The notes beneath the pieces were generated by a model that made no database searches, was not told the origin of the DNA, and saw only the letters and a list, made by a program, of their open reading frames with translations. DNA of 64,000 nucleotides from Phoronis australis (taxonomy: Eukaryota; Animalia; Phoronida): contig NMRA01000699.1 of assembly GCA_002633005.1 (NCBI GenBank), positions 134,037 to 198,036 on the forward strand, given 5' to 3'. Position numbers and translations under genes: made by a program. Positions 13,891 to 28,564 of the stretch are shown here, one piece after another (position 1 is the first letter of the stretch; each line of letters begins with the position of its first letter).

Positions 13891-14461
13891 TACGGTGGCT
13901 GCAAAAGGACGGCGCGGCAACTTATTTTCTCCGTTGCTAACTCTATCGATAGACTTACTTCATGCATCTCTATCAATGCCCTTACTAATTCTATCGATAT
14001 ACTTACTAACTCTATCGATAAACTTACACCGTAATAACTCTATCGAAAGACTTACTAACTCTATTGATAGGCTTACTAACTCTATAGATAGACTTATTAA
14101 CTTCATCGACGCACTTATTATTTCTATCGATAGACTTACTTATTCTATCGACACACTTATTAATTCTATCGATAGACTTACTATTTTTTATCGATAGACG
14201 TACTAGCTGTATCGATAGACTTACTAACTCTATCGATAGTCTTATTAAATCTATCGATAGATTTGCTATCTATATCGATACAGTTAGTAAGTTTATCTAT
14301 GGGCTTACTATTTCTATCGATAAACTAACTAACTCTGTCGATAGCGGACTTATTTTCCCTATCGATAAATTTACTACTTCTATCTATAGACATACTAGCT
14401 CTATCGATAGAGTTTGCAACGGTGTAAAAAATTAACGGGCAGTTTTTTTACAGCCACCGTA
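13891..14461. mobile_element. TA-flanked foldback/MITE filled with a 21-bp palindrome-core minisatellite
   Basis: TIRs TACGGTGGCTG...CCGTTGCTAACTCTATCGATAG and CTATCGATAGAGTTTGCAACGG...CAGCCACCGTA. Between them are roughly 20 units of CTCTATCGATAGACTTACTAA. Confidence 0.8.
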
Positions 14462-16179
14462 ACATACAAAACCAGCTTCCTAACTTGTCGCGAACATTTT
14501 GTGTCCCTTATTGTCTAATGTGAAATTTGATACATATAAATTTTTGGAAAATGGGTGGGTAAAAGCACACGTTACTGACGAAAATGAATCTCACCATCGT
14601 GGGTCTTGTATTCTTGTTTAAGTTTACCGGGGATGCGTTTTACCAAAGAACGTAAATCCAGTCGTATACTCCGTTTTTTTAAACAAGCCATTAATGTTAG
14701 TTTACAAAGGCAGGATTCGACATGAATTTTACCTGCAGTTCGGCAGTAGCAGGGGAGGTATGCCATCTTCCGAAACTGCAGCCTAGGACAAACTATCACG
14801 CAACTTATGAATGCAAAACTGAGACGCTTTCGTCTGGTTCAGTAGTATTTGCTCTTTAATCTAGTCACCGACATTAATTCGCATCGATGACAAAAATCAC
14901 CAAACACGTTTTTTGGTGTGAATCGCGGATGCCGTTGTCACGTGGTGCAGATACACGTAGGTTGCAGATTAATTGAATGTTTTGTGCATGATTGTTTCTA
15001 GTGCCTCAATTGCCTGTAGAGTATTATTTGACATTCTGTTTGTTTAAAGTGTTCACAATCAATCGTTGTCTTCAGTGATGAAATTAAAAAACTAGAGAAG
15101 TTACTAAGGAGAAGACTATAAGTTAGATAAGCATAAGGTTTCAAGCCTGCAGCTCAGGCCCTTTATCACATGACTGGTCTTCTGTTTGTTGTAGAATGCA
15201 GCACACAACAGTAGGTCGTCATGGTATCCGTCCTTTTCTTCTACTACTACTGCGAACGCTAAATCTTCAAAGTTCAAGCAATTTGTACGCGTTATCACAT
15301 GATAGACTGCCAGAGAGACAATGGTTCGCAGCGCTGCAATGCGTTGCACCCATAGTTGTTAAAGGAATGGGGTTCTTCAAAATTCTAGTCAGCGTTGTGG
15401 CACTACGACCAAATCAGATACGTGTAGGCTACATTTGGCCCGCCAGTCATTGACGGATATTAGTCCAAAGGATCGCAGTCACTCTCAAAACTGAAGTGAA
15501 GGATTAACTAGTATTTCGTTGCAAGTCAAAACGTTTCTTCACTTCATTCAATTAAGTACAAATCTTAGCATTTCGTACAATAAATTCAACCTTAAAAGCG
15601 ACTTCATTGATTAACGAGAGACATTTTATTAAACAGGCGCAGGCCGGGAGATCGAAGACGATAGGACAGCGGCTAATACCACTCTCATTCAATACAATAT
15701 CTGTCAATTTTCGTACATGGCTATATGTATATATAAGTAGAGCTTGAGAAACGTTTTGGCGCTATATGGGACTTCCTCCTTTGTAACAGAATTTAAAGGA
15801 ACTGAAACTGTTTTTCAATAGCCTAAAACCATATAAACCTATGCATTTTAGATACAAATTCTTCCCCCCATTGTGACTATTCACCACTAACTTCACTGCA
15901 CGCCGTATTCAAACGATCAATTCTTGAATTTAAATGTTTAGACGTATTAAACATGTCTGTCAATCTATCTAGTAATACTTCACACTCGAAGTCGAGTTTC
16001 CTGAAGTCGCACGTGTTAAAAGTTCAATGGTGAAATGCGTATGTACAAGAGTGTACTGTGAGTGAGCAGCACAATCAGCATAAAATGGAGTGTTGTCTAA
16101 CGAAGAGGAGGGATACCTGGAAGTGATCCAGAGAGGTAGCACCAACGACGTGGCCAAGTAGGTTGTTGCAGAAAACTGT

Positions 16180-17950
16180 TGTGGAGGGTAAGGAGTTATG
16201 TAGGTATACAGTGCGACACTGTGGTGTCATAAAGTACACGCTTTGGCATCTAGGTGTAGGGATACTAATTGAGGTATACAAATATGTAACATGAATGGCG
16301 ATGATCTAATGCATAAGTTCATAAGATTTAGAAGGTTTGTTAACGTAGCGGCGGAATTTTAGTGGTTGCCAGTTTAACTATTCGATCATTTCGCTGAGTG
16401 AGGAAGTAATGTGGCCTTTATTTAGGGCAAGTCTTGTAGCTCTTTGCTCCACCATTTCAATCTAGTGAGTGAGAGCTTTTGCGTGGAGTGGTATTGACCA
16501 GTACTAGTTTTCGTTGGGCTAGAGCGACATAAGCTGTTTCCTTTACTGAGGAGTGTGACGAATGTTTCGTCTAAGAAAGCCAAGGGCTTTACTGTCAGAA
16601 GCAGCGGCTGTATTAATTTGAGAATTCCAGGTAATATTTTTGGAGAAAGTAACGCCAAGATATTTGGACTCCGACAAAGGTGACATGAGTGAGCTATGGA
16701 AGAAATAGTCTTCCGAATCATTTTTCCGATGCTCGTGAAGAACATTGCATTGAACTACATACCGCACACTGATTCCCAATCAGCAAGTTTGGCGATATCC
16801 TGTTGCAGTGAGACGCAGTCTCCTTGATTCCAAATGGAGCGGTAAAGTATACAGGCATGTGTAAGGAGGCGGATATTGGAAGATATGTCTTGAGGCAGGT
16901 CATTGTCAAAGAGGAGGAAAAGGATTCTCTAAAGAACACAAGGGATCATAGGAAGGATGTCAGATGATTCGCCAGCTATCACAAAACAATGAGATATATT
17001 ATTAAGAAATGAGTCAATCCAATTCATGGTAAGGTCACGAACCCCAAAGAAATCAATTTTTGTTAACAAGTCTAGGGTGAAGTACCTGTACTTTTTCAAA
17101 AAGATTTTTTAAATCCACGATTATGACGTCGGACGGGATGCCAGAGTCCATATTGAGAGAGAAGTAGTTTGTGGATGAAAGAAGCTGTGATTCACATGAT
17201 CTGTTTCGCCTAAAGCCGTTTTGCTGTTGTAGAATATTGCTGCTTTCAAGGTGTTCCTTAAGGTGACTTATAATGATGTGCTCAAGAATGTTGCAACATA
17301 TTCGTGTACTAGTAAGGAAGATAGGTCTGTAATTTCTGCTTTGTGTTTATTTCCTTTCTTGAAGGCTGGTGGACGTTGGCGTGGTGCCCATCTGCTGGAA
17401 CCCCAACGGATGATAAGGAGGCATTAAGGATGTCGGTCAGTAAGGGGGCTATTGAGCCTGATAGTTCCGAAGAACTTTAGGAAAGATAATGTCTGGACCT
17501 GGGTTCTGAGCGGAAAGTCGCTTTTTCAACTCCATTACTATCATTGATAGGGTCAGGGATAGTTTTACGAGGACTTTCTCCGAGATTTGGAGTTAAAGAG
17601 ATGTCTTCAGACGTGAACACTGACCAAATTAGATTATTGATAATTTTCTCACTATCTCATGGCAGGGTTGCGAGCAAGCAGTTGTGTTGCAACAGGGCTA
17701 ACTGGGAAGGTTCTCTCTTGAGACGTTTAACAAATGTGAAGAGGAGATTGGAACCAGGGAGATAATGCCATTGAAATTTTCAAATATGATTTCAAGATTA
17801 GGTATAGTACTTGGTGGCAGAGGGAAAAGAAGGAGGCGCGGTTGTGGTCATGAGTTGTAGACTTTCACTTCTCGAAGGCTATGTCTTTTTTACGGATGAG
17901 CTTTTCAGGATGTATCAGCGCTATGGATGTTTGTTTTTGGATCTTGGCAT
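16180..17950 (-). mobile_element. Degraded non-LTR retrotransposon ORF2 (CR1/L2-group LINE)
   Basis: KYLGVTFSKNITWNSQIN...KALGFLRRN at 16543-16700, a DLKKSFEKV..HPRL (DFSKAFDKVPH-like) motif near 17070-17120 and YRPISL-like sequence near 17320. Many stops. Confidence 0.85.
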
Positions 17951-20900
17951 TTTCTCTGCCACTTATTTAAACAGGGAGGAAACTCGTTTCCAGGCAACAC
18001 GCATTTTAACCAATCGTTTCAATCTTACCTTGAAAGCCAGAACCATTGAACATTTTCACGGCATCCTGCATTCACTGCACTAAAACTTAGAATTTCGCTT
18101 CCTCTAGTCGCCAATGCGAAATGCTGCACGTTATTGTCAAACATACGCGCTATTAACTTTTATAATATGTACTGTAAGTGCTGCTTATTGTAAATTTATA
18201 TCATGTACCGTGAGATTGTCATCTTAGTGGCCTTGAGAACTAATTTTCATTTCGAAGTGTGTAAAGTCACCGATTTACATTAAGACGTATTTTGAATACA
18301 CTGAAAAAGAAATGCGATGGAGACGATTGCCACGATATCATTTCTTAACCACGTAGCCTCCGAGTTTGACGTGATAGCCCAAGTATTTTTGATTTATTTG
18401 AAAAGAAGTAAACCCCCAAAGATGTTGCAAAATTTGATATTAGAGAGGTTGTAAAAAGCGACGTAAACATGAATTATCACGCATTTATAACACCTCGTCA
18501 TACATGCCATTGTTGGCTGTGACGTAATCTCGGTAGTGTTTGAATATTTTTTGCGAATACAGATTCGCGTCGCTTTAAACCTGTGTCCCTTTTCAATTCT
18601 TATTTGGTAAGACATGGTAAAGATTTTTATTTAGATAGGGTTCTCAATCTTTCTTCTTTGCTTCAGTATAAAACAAAACCGATTCTTTAATCTATAAATG
18701 TTCTTAAAGTTTAGTAGCAAGAAGGCGCTTTTTCCAAAATATTTATTCTGCGGGGGTTAGCTGAATATAATCGAATTAGAATAGATTACTAACAGTTAAG
18801 ATTTTGTGTTGTTAATTTTTTACATGCTTATAAGCATTCAAAAATATAATTTACTTGCATCTATTAATTTTCAACTCCAAGAATCTTTCGCATTCTAAAA
18901 AATGACCATTTTGCGCAGGATTTCGTAGAAACGACTTTTTCATGATCAACATATATCTATACATGTATTTAGGGGATATATGCTACATGTACGATAACCA
19001 GACACGAACTTAGTTATTCAGTTCATCTTTAATTTCACGTTCGCGGAAAAATCTAAATGACGCTGTTCCAAAACCCATTTTGTTACTGTAACTTGAATCG
19101 GTACGTGCAATTACGTATGCGTCATAATTCACGTTTACGGGGCGTTGAAAAAAATTTCTAATAATATAAATTATGTAGTCATGTACATGATGATGTCATA
19201 CGGAAATGGACGAATTTCGTATCGAATGAGCTTGGCTAATACCAAGAGCTCAAAAACAGCCAATACAGTGGCTGGAACGATCAAGCTTAAACGCATCGAT
19301 GAACCGTCGATTAGTAACCTTCCAAGCACAACGAGGTCCACAGTTTAACGTGTTTATCTGCGTGGTGGCTTTAAAGTTGGACACTATTTTTTATTTTTAA
19401 TTTGATTGCTCTTGAAGTGTTGAAAAGTGCTGACCATTTTACTGGCGTAGATGACCGTGTTAGGAATTAAGCTGTCTAAGATTTAGAGTACAAATCATTA
19501 ATGGGCGATTGCTGATGGTCATGGCCCGTGGTCATGTTATTGCTAGCGATTTTGTGCTATGAGTCCAAATTTCTCTTTTCTTTTTTAAATATACATTACT
19601 GCTATTCTACAGGAAAAAGTATGCATTTACGTACTTACATTCCATGGGTGTGTACTAAATACCCAAAACTGTCGATGGGGTCCTGCATAAACTTTTAAAC
19701 AATACTTGCTTTGCTTTTACCACATAAGTTCGCAATTTCAATTTTCGTTACATTTACCAAAAGATTGAAAGCCAACATAGAGTATCGGCAACTTTCATGC
19801 AATAAAATCGTAAAAAGACAACGGATTTTGCTATGTTATAGCTCCGGCCAAAGATGGTATCACCAATCCATCTTCATTTTGAGATGAAAAGGTTACTAGC
19901 CAGACTCTGGTTACAAAAACCTTTAGGAACGGCTGCAAACACCGTCTGAACGAATTTCCTGCCATTCCTTATGACTCATTACGGCGATATCCCATTGACC
20001 CCAACTTGTTCGATCGGATGGCAAACGAACAAGTGGGGCGATTGACTTGCGTAGCCAATAACTCCAATCTGGTATTGATGGTTGTAGGGCCAGTTCTCTT
20101 TTGTTCCTACATTTGCTCTGTTCAGATAAGCTCGTATCCAACCTGACTTGCTTTTGCTGTTAAAAATAAGTTAAACACTGGAGGGAACACTAACCAATAA
20201 CAATTCTGAATTTCTTGTCAAATGCTGGTGGTGAATCAACAAAATCGCCAACGGAAGTTAAATACAACGTTTTCTATGCGAACGCATGCCCATGCATTGC
20301 GTTTGACTGTGTCGGTAATGAGGTGCAACCACTATACTTTTTATAACGTTGATATCTATGCTACAGAAACGTTTTTCTTATGTTTGATCCTATATTTTGT
20401 TTTTAGCATTATATGTGACTTCAATAAAGATATTACATATACGTCTTGTGTATCGGTTTTATATAGTTACGCGCATTACCATCATAATCAAAATTGAGTA
20501 CAAAACTTAGGTCACGTGGTTCTTTTATTCTACGATTTTCGCTTGCCTTTCGCCAGATTTCTCCAAAACCTGAAGATTTGTTGTGAATAGGTAGTTACGG
20601 CCCAACGTACCCATATAAATGCTGGTGATTACGCTCACACTATGAGCGAGGTCGGTGGACCTCATAAAACTGGACGATGTCGAAAAATCCAATTCAATAT
20701 GTAAAAAAATTCTTATTTTGGTAAAAAAATAACCGTCACGCCCCCTGATAGGGCCTACCCTATGTGTGCATGTCGGCAAATTTCGTCACTTGCGGTGACT
20801 GTAAGTCTCCCGACGTTCTTGTAGGACCTGTATCAGCATTGATATTAAAAACCTTGAACGGGGATTCGCGTGGCGTTTAAAAGAATGCATAGAGGCGTTC

Positions 20901-22104
20901 CACGAAGGAACGCAGTTTGTACATTTGTGGAGTTTTTAGATGTATGAGCTCCATTCAAACTGTCTTCCGTACAATGCTTGTTACTGTGCACATGCATTCG
21001 GTTTAAATTATTCTATATCTTACCAAACAATCTTTAAAATATTATTTTTTCTACCTAAAGCGATTATAAATGTCCTTTCAAGCACGGGGAAGCCCTTTAT
21101 TGTTTTTGTTTCATTAACTTTATCCTTACATGTTGACTTGAGTCAACACCAGATAATTTTTGTCTGTTTTAACTGTTGCTTGTAAAGATATATACAGCTT
21201 GTAGTTTTGTCATGCTCGAGATATCAGTGAATAATTACACGCACGATGAACAATGCACGTTGTTTATTGAGCTGTAGCTACATGTAAGTACTCGGGCAAA
21301 CACGAATCAATTCCAGTCATGGCCTACAATGCATGTTGCGGAAAAGCGAATTACCAATAGTTCCAAGTTAACGAGTGGTTATTGGATATTATTATTAAAA
21401 AATGTGATCGGTGATGAGTACTTGGTATGCTGTCACATGCGCGCACCTAGCCTTGGCACAAAGCGGTGCACTAAATATACAGCTTTGCCTCGATGTGGGT
21501 AAACAGTGGTAAGTTAAATTCTGACACAAAACCAGTGTCATTAAAACTACAGTCTTCCTTTAATAAACTAAATTAAATGTATTTAACGGTGTTGGAAAAA
21601 ATGGCTTTCTACCGTTATTCTGATGCTAAAGTTGTGGAGCGATATCTTTAGCTACGGCTTTCGGTGCCATGAAATATTGCGTCAACTTTAGCATTACTTG
21701 TTGATACAAGTTTTTCGTTGAGGTGACGAGCAGGATTACCCTGGCTGTGTGCAGTTTCGGGGACTACGGAAAAAATACACACACTGATACCTAGCTGTAT
21801 TTTGACGACAGTCTTCATACAGCTAGCTGGCTGCCTATATTTTTATGACAGTCTTCATACAGTTAGCCGGCTGTCTAGCGCCCACCCAGCCTAAAAACGC
21901 GGGCTCGACGTTTCGAGAATGTAGACTTTTCACGACGATTCACGGGCTACGGTCTTAGCTATGGATTGTGCATTCGCCGAAAATTGGTAATTGTTGCATT
22001 TTAGTGGACCTTTTTTCCATATTGCCTGGGCACCCCCGGGTGCGCGCATGTGTCAGATGAACTTTTTAGCTATGAATCAATTCTGAATAGTGTGGCCGAC
22101 TCAC

Positions 22105-22496
22105 CTGTCAAAAGCAATCGCTGTCAAAGTAAGAATGCTGGTTACGACAGTGACTCCTTGTATATAGACGGTGAATTTGCACAGTTCCTCGCCCAGTGAC
22201 CAGTTTCTTCTCATGAAAACGAACCAAGTGAACGGTACGTTACCCACCGCGATTAAAAGATCACTTACACCAAGAGAAATTAGGAAAAAGTTGGTGACTG
22301 TTCTCATTTCTTTGTTAGATGATATGACTACAATGAGTGCCAGGTTCCCGATCAAGGCGGATAACACGATCACGCCAAAGAACAGCGAAAGGACGAACTT
22401 TGTCGTGTCTTCAAATTCTTCTATTACCAGAGAATTCATTAACTGCCGAAGCTCCTTCGCTGTATAAATTTTGCTGGTAGAATTTTCCATGCTCAT
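22105..22496 (-). CDS. Rhodopsin-family neuropeptide GPCR, first coding exon (N-terminus and TM1-TM3; QRFP/orexin/NPFF receptor-like)
   Basis: N-glycosylation site NST, TM1 GN, MRTVTNFFLISLGVSDLL, W..G..LCK and AIAFDR. The exon ends inside the DRY arginine codon at a consensus donor GACAG|GTGAGT. Confidence 0.92.
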
Positions 22497-25400
22497 ATCC
22501 GCGACAAGGCCTAATTCGGTTGAAGCGTTAGTTGTCGCTTAGTCTAATGAAAGGTGATCACAGAATTGTCATTGTTTTCTTGCCGTTACTCCGCCTATGT
22601 CAATTCCACGCTTATTACTGGTTAACACGTCGCGTGCATGTGAAACAGTTCCGACTCCATCCATCTCACATTGACAGACGACATTGGGCATTTCCAGCAT
22701 TCAGCTGGTTTCGACCTCATCTGTGAGGTGATCCACCTTTACGGATATATCTGCAGGTTTGTGGCAACCGGGGGGGCACTTGCCCTCCAATAGTTTGCAG
22801 ACAACTGTATAATAGTGGCGACCGACATACAGTAGGGCTCGGGGCTGGGGCGAGTGTAGAAAAATAAGGAAACAGCACACATAGGAGAGAGAACATTTAA
22901 GAGTGCTTTTGTCAGCTACAAGTAGCAATGCTGAATATCTCCTTTGGTGGCCCTACATGGTCAAGACACTGAGGTTAGGGGCGAGGTCAGTTTTTGCAGT
23001 CCACGAAAACTTGTTATATTCAGATATCCAAGAGGAAATTGATCGGTTTTTAAACATTTCTGCAGGGACGCCAGATTAGTTGCTTTCTTTTTCCAGATAT
23101 TTGCCATTTTATGGAACTATAACAACTCTTTTTCGGTTTTTTATTTAACCTTTCTTGTTAAAGGCCACCCACCGAGGTAAAACCAATTGCCTCTCTTTTC
23201 CCAATTTTTTCACAAAAATCGGGAACTTATCTTTTAAGAAATTGATGACGTAACAAGGAGCTTAATGGATGGAAGATGAACTTTAGGGTAAATTGTATCC
23301 TCCGACCCTCGAACAGTTGCGTGTACTAAGTTAATTTCTGCACATCTGGGTTTCGAGAAATTTGACATACGTGTAGTTTGAGGAAATTCCGCAAGGTCTA
23401 GGTCATCCGCCTCCGGAGAGCCATCGATCATAAACTAGAGCACGGTGTTTGTGCAAGAGGATTTTAAAACAAGCACTAAGCAGTATACCAAGGTAACATC
23501 GCCTTTAAAAATTTACTCAATTGAAGTTGATATTCCCTAAGCGAGACGCAAAAAACATACGGGGAATCTCGACCTTGGACCACAATGTCACTCCTCCAAC
23601 CTATCCATATGAAGATGTTCTGTCTACTCAATTCAGAGCCCGAGGTCGTAGTTTCTCGCTTTTTCCGAAGTTGCTGATGGTTGCATCTCCGGGGATTGAC
23701 CTTCAAACAGCAAAGTACATGTACCCACCCCTATGACAAGTGAGAAGTAGCTAAAATAGTGGTGACGATCTGGGGAGGGTGGGGAAGAAGAGGAGGCGAT
23801 AGGGAAGACTCTGGCATTTGGGACACTGCGCGGTGCAAAAAGTTGTCCTGAACACCCTCTACTGCATGCACATATACAAGTGTACGGTTGTTCTGAGGCA
23901 TCTCATGTCACCCCATCTAATTTTAATTTGAATACAACAAAGTTGACAATCAAAGAAAAATAATGTACTAGGACAAAGAACAAAACACACTGATCTTCAG
24001 TTCTTTATGAGCAACAGGAAATGATGTAAAAACTAATAAGGTTTAAAGTTCCCCACGGAAAACTAGGTCGCAAGATCGTCGCCTAGATGTCGATAGAAAG
24101 GCGTATCCATTGTTCACTTTCATTTTCTTTCCTACAATAAAGATAATAGCATACTTTTATCGTTAAGCGGCTGATGTGCGCCCAAGGTACAGTACAATAT
24201 CCGTGCAACCTGTATTGTTATGTCCAACAAAGACGAAACAAAGGAAAATAATGGAAATTTCCCTTAGGTAATAACCATGTGACACGCTTAGCTCCGCCGC
24301 AAGGATCTCGCATTTTAAATAATACATGTACCTTACGACCTCCAAACGACTTCATTTGGCACGGGTCCAGTTCAAATTCGAGTTCGAGATAATACTCTGA
24401 TCCATAGTTGCATAGTTTATTTCATATTTCGGTCACCCATGCCTAATCCCTTTTTGTTCGAGCTTCTGTTTGCCGTATCAACTGAATGCGTTCACCGTTA
24501 TTTGATTAATAGTTGACAACCCCTATTCCGCCACAAGGTTTCGTGATTGTATACACATAACAATCGGCAATTAGTTTCTCTGTGGCAGGATAATGAATCA
24601 GTATACACGTACATCTGTTATACAAGTACAAATACATCTGAACTTGCCAACAGCAGTGACATCGAACTAATATTTCATGTTCAAGAGGAAAGCAAAACAG
24701 AAATACGTCTCACTGCTCATTGCAGAAAGTCCTCCCCCGATTAAAACTCAGTTTTACACTTAACCCCTTTTCCTTGATAAACCAGTGTGACACTCATTTC
24801 ACTGTAGCTAAATAACTTCAGAAAAAATGATTGGATGCAGAAGAATTTTTCAGATACTTTGTTGTTTTACTGCTCTGATGTTGTTAGGATTTGTTTTTTT
24901 ATGTTCCATTTTTGCACGAGTGATTATTAAGGATATGATTTTTATCATTCTGAAATTGCATAAAACGAAGACGTGTAGTGAATTTTTAGAAAACTGTGAC
25001 AGCGTTTTTGAGATCTCATGGTCAACGTTTACAGCAAATAAAGTTTGACCGTGTTATTACTCCGATGTTTTGCAATCAGTGCGCCTTCTCTGTTGGCTAA
25101 ATTTCACTAAAAAGGCATTGTCTTTTAACAAAGTTAATAACAGATTGGTAAAAGGTCCGAATAAAGTTATTCAGTCCAACCCTTTGCTGTCAGAAAGCAA
25201 GTAATTTTACTGAGTTAAACTATACAATTTTAAGGGCATTTTGACAAGTGCAAAGACCTGTCAATAGGAGCTTTATAATCTAAGTCGTCAAATGGTCGTT
25301 TCCCATCTGAGCAATTAACTAATGGTGGCTATTTGTAAAGTGAATAGGTTATGCGTAATTATCTTTTTGTCACCCACACTGCCCGTGACAGGTCAGATAC

Positions 25401-25800
25401 CTTTAATTAATAAAGATAATATGTCGAGTTAATCGATAAGTCTTTGAAGCCTAAAAAATGCATCCACAATACTGCGATATGCTCTGATGTCATACTCTAT
25501 GAGGTTTCGCCATGTAATGAAAAATACATATAGGTTATCTCTCATAAAAATACTACTGCTCTACCAGTCGAGAATTCTTTTCATACGGGATTTTTCCAAC
25601 ATCGACTTATCCTGCTACATGTATTTACTGAAAAAATACATGTAGATTATCTCTCATACATGGTGGTACTACTACCATATCATCTGAGAATGTACCACCA
25701 GCGACTTATTCCATATACGTAAGGGTATGTGTGCGGAGATGGCAGATCTAGTCTGAAATACAGTGTAACATACATACAGTGTAGGTTATCCGACATACAG

Positions 25801-26655
25801 CAGTGGCGGATCTAGGATATCACAGGGGGGCCCAACATTTTCTCNCCCCTCCCGCCCAGAAAATTTTTCTGTTTGTTCCTCTAAAAACCAAGCATTTTCC
25901 TCGATTTCTGATGTATTATCCAAGAAAAAAAGGAAAAAAAAACACGTGTCATACAGGAAAACTTTTGAGTTTCTCAGACTCGAACTCACGACCTGGCTGA
26001 TAGGACGCGCGTGCTTTACCACCACACCACCACGACTTCACTAATTAACGGAGTCTAGGAGACCTACTTGTTTATGGTCCACAGCGTTTGCGCGCGAAAC
26101 CTACTTCTTTTTGTAATGCTTATTACACGTTTTATATTTTGTGTAATCGGTTCTTAACAAATTTGTTGTATTTAAAATAGTCTTCAAATGCCCAAAAGAC
26201 CAAATCCGTTTTTCGTGTTGGCAATAATGACGGGATTCCTTTGGAAATCGTCTTTAAGTTAAGGTTTGACAAAGAGAGAATTAATGAGTTTCTGAGTGAT
26301 TCACTTAGGCTTCGATTAAAATTCACATCTTACGAGCAGCTTCTGTTTTTTCATCGTCACTCAGGTTCCATTTTCTTTAAAAAATGAAATAAATTTTCTC
26401 CATTGCACAGTGGAGCAGACGACGGAAACGGAGTCGTAGTGCGCATCGCCACTGCCGGTCGCCTGGGATATCGCGGGAGAGCCTACACTTAGCCATGGTT
26501 CCGTTACGAATTTGACACTTGAAATTGGATCTGAGCCCTCCCCTCAAACACTAAAACTGCACACATTTAAATCTTTTTTCATCCGTATAATTTTAATTAC
26601 TGGGGCAAATTAATGAACTCAACATTTCCCTACGCTCTTGCTGTTTTATTTTTTT
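25801..26655 (-). mobile_element. Non-autonomous hAT-type element (inverted copy of 42095-43102), running into the gap
   Basis: Begins CAGTGGCGGATCTAGGATATCAC. It is reverse-complement homologous to 42160-43102 over most of its length. Confidence 0.85.
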
Positions 26656-27325
26656 NNNNNNNNNNNNNNNNNNNNNNNNNNNNNNNNNNNNNNNNNNNNN
26701 NNNNNNNNNNNNNNNNNNNNNNNNNNNNNNNNNNNNNNNNNNNNNNNNNNNNNNNNNNNNNNNNNNNNNNNNNNNNNNNNNNNNNNNNNNNNNNNNNNNN
26801 NNNNNNNNNNNNNNNNNNNNNNNNNNNNNNNNNNNNNNNNNNNNNNNNNNNNNNNNNNNNNNNNNNNNNNNNNNNNNNNNNNNNNNNNNNNNNNNNNNNN
26901 NNNNNNNNNNNNNNNNNNNNNNNNNNNNNNNNNNNNNNNNNNNNNNNNNNNNNNNNNNNNNNNNNNNNNNNNNNNNNNNNNNNNNNNNNNNNNNNNNNNN
27001 NNNNNNNNNNNNNNNNNNNNNNNNNNNNNNNNNNNNNNNNNNNNNNNNNNNNNNNNNNNNNNNNNNNNNNNNNNNNNNNNNNNNNNNNNNNNNNNNNNNN
27101 NNNNNNNNNNNNNNNNNNNNNNNNNNNNNNNNNNNNNNNNNNNNNNNNNNNNNNNNNNNNNNNNNNNNNNNNNNNNNNNNNNNNNNNNNNNNNNNNNNNN
27201 NNNNNNNNNNNNNNNNNNNNNNNNNNNNNNNNNNNNNNNNNNNNNNNNNNNNNNNNNNNNNNNNNNNNNNNNNNNNNNNNNNNNNNNNNNNNNNNNNNNN
27301 NNNNNNNNNNNNNNNNNNNNNNNNN
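26656..27325. other. Assembly gap (670 N)
   Basis: Run of N. Confidence 1.
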
Positions 27326-28564
27326 NTCGAATTTTTTTATAGTGAACTGAATTTAATACAGATTTTTTTAGCTTAATTTTTCATTTTGTGTGGTGCACCA
27401 AGAAATAAATGGATGCCGGACGAAGTGTCAATCGAAGATTCGAGTGTCGAATATGAACTTGGAGTTTCGGTTAATCTCAAGATCGTATACAGGCCTACGT
27501 GAACTCGGAATACCCACTCAAATAATCACGTTCAAGCTAGTATAATTAGTTAACGGATTAAATAAGTGCTTTTGGAACCAATAATTACAGAAATTTGCTA
27601 CATTGAACAAAATATTCACCAGATTTCTTTAAAGTGTATATAATTAAGAGCTCACGCTTACGCGATCTTCAGATTAAGCAAAATTCAAGTTCACGCATAC
27701 CAAACAAGTAATGGCAGGCGTTCGGTATAAGATAGGTTGTCAAGGCTTGCTAATCGTCCTCAAGTTGACTATTACCGCCGTGAAGTTTGAAATGAAGATC
27801 AGTTTGGGTGCTAGACTTATCTGCGATCCCAGATGGCTGTTACACGGTCTCAGTAAGGAAAGATTTTGCTCGACAGGTAAGTCGTCAACGAATGACCGAG
27901 GCGCACTTGTTACAGCAATGCTAACCATAACGTTTTCAGAATGTTATGGTAGATTTATTTTACTGCTTAACAGTACATAATAGAGCACACCGACATTACA
28001 ATATTCCTGTAGTAAAATCCTTGGTGTCTTTGACTGAGTATTTTTTGCGTTATTTTACTGGTTTAGTTGTTTAGCCCTCGGGCTCGGTTTCGTCCACTTG
28101 TGTCGTGGATTAACTTGAGCAAACAAAGAAGCCACAAGTGTTTCTCATGTAAAAGTAAGGGGACTCAAGGTAAGGGCTGTTGAAACCAATTAAGATTTGT
28201 TGTGTCATTGTGTGATCTAAGGCATAACAGCAATCCTTGAGTAATAATCAATTAAAAATCCTCTCTTTTGCGAATTCATGTCACCTTGCAGTGTGTATAT
28301 AGAGACTGACAGTCTATACAGCCTGTTAGTGCTAGTCTTGATACTCTAGCAGCCCTACACAACTAACTAGTCTTGTGGTTGTTTATGTTGACTGGCAGTC
28401 TATATATGTAACCAGTTAGTCTTGCTTTTGATACTCTCTGCAAGGCTAACTGTGTAGTCTTGTGGTTGTATACAGGACATGCTGATAGTCAATACACCGG
28501 GCTAGTGGTAGTCTGGATATTCCCAAATTGGTGGTTTGTATTAATGTTATTTGTTGTTCTTCAG

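Noticed and set aside
13895-14411. CRISPR array or repeat-protein ORF
   Set aside because: The units are contiguous with no unique spacers, the context is eukaryotic with no cas genes, and the ORF is just the translated minisatellite.
15310-15450. Possible THAP-like start (MVRS...KGMGFFKI)
   Set aside because: The similarity is too weak and no termini or downstream domains were found.
22171-22467. Plus-strand ORFs opposite the GPCR exons (also 61401-61682 and 61832-62023)
   Set aside because: They are antisense shadows of the real coding exons with no independent motifs.
26613-27350. Long ORFs of 245 and 234 aa
   Set aside because: They are artefacts of translating through the N gap.
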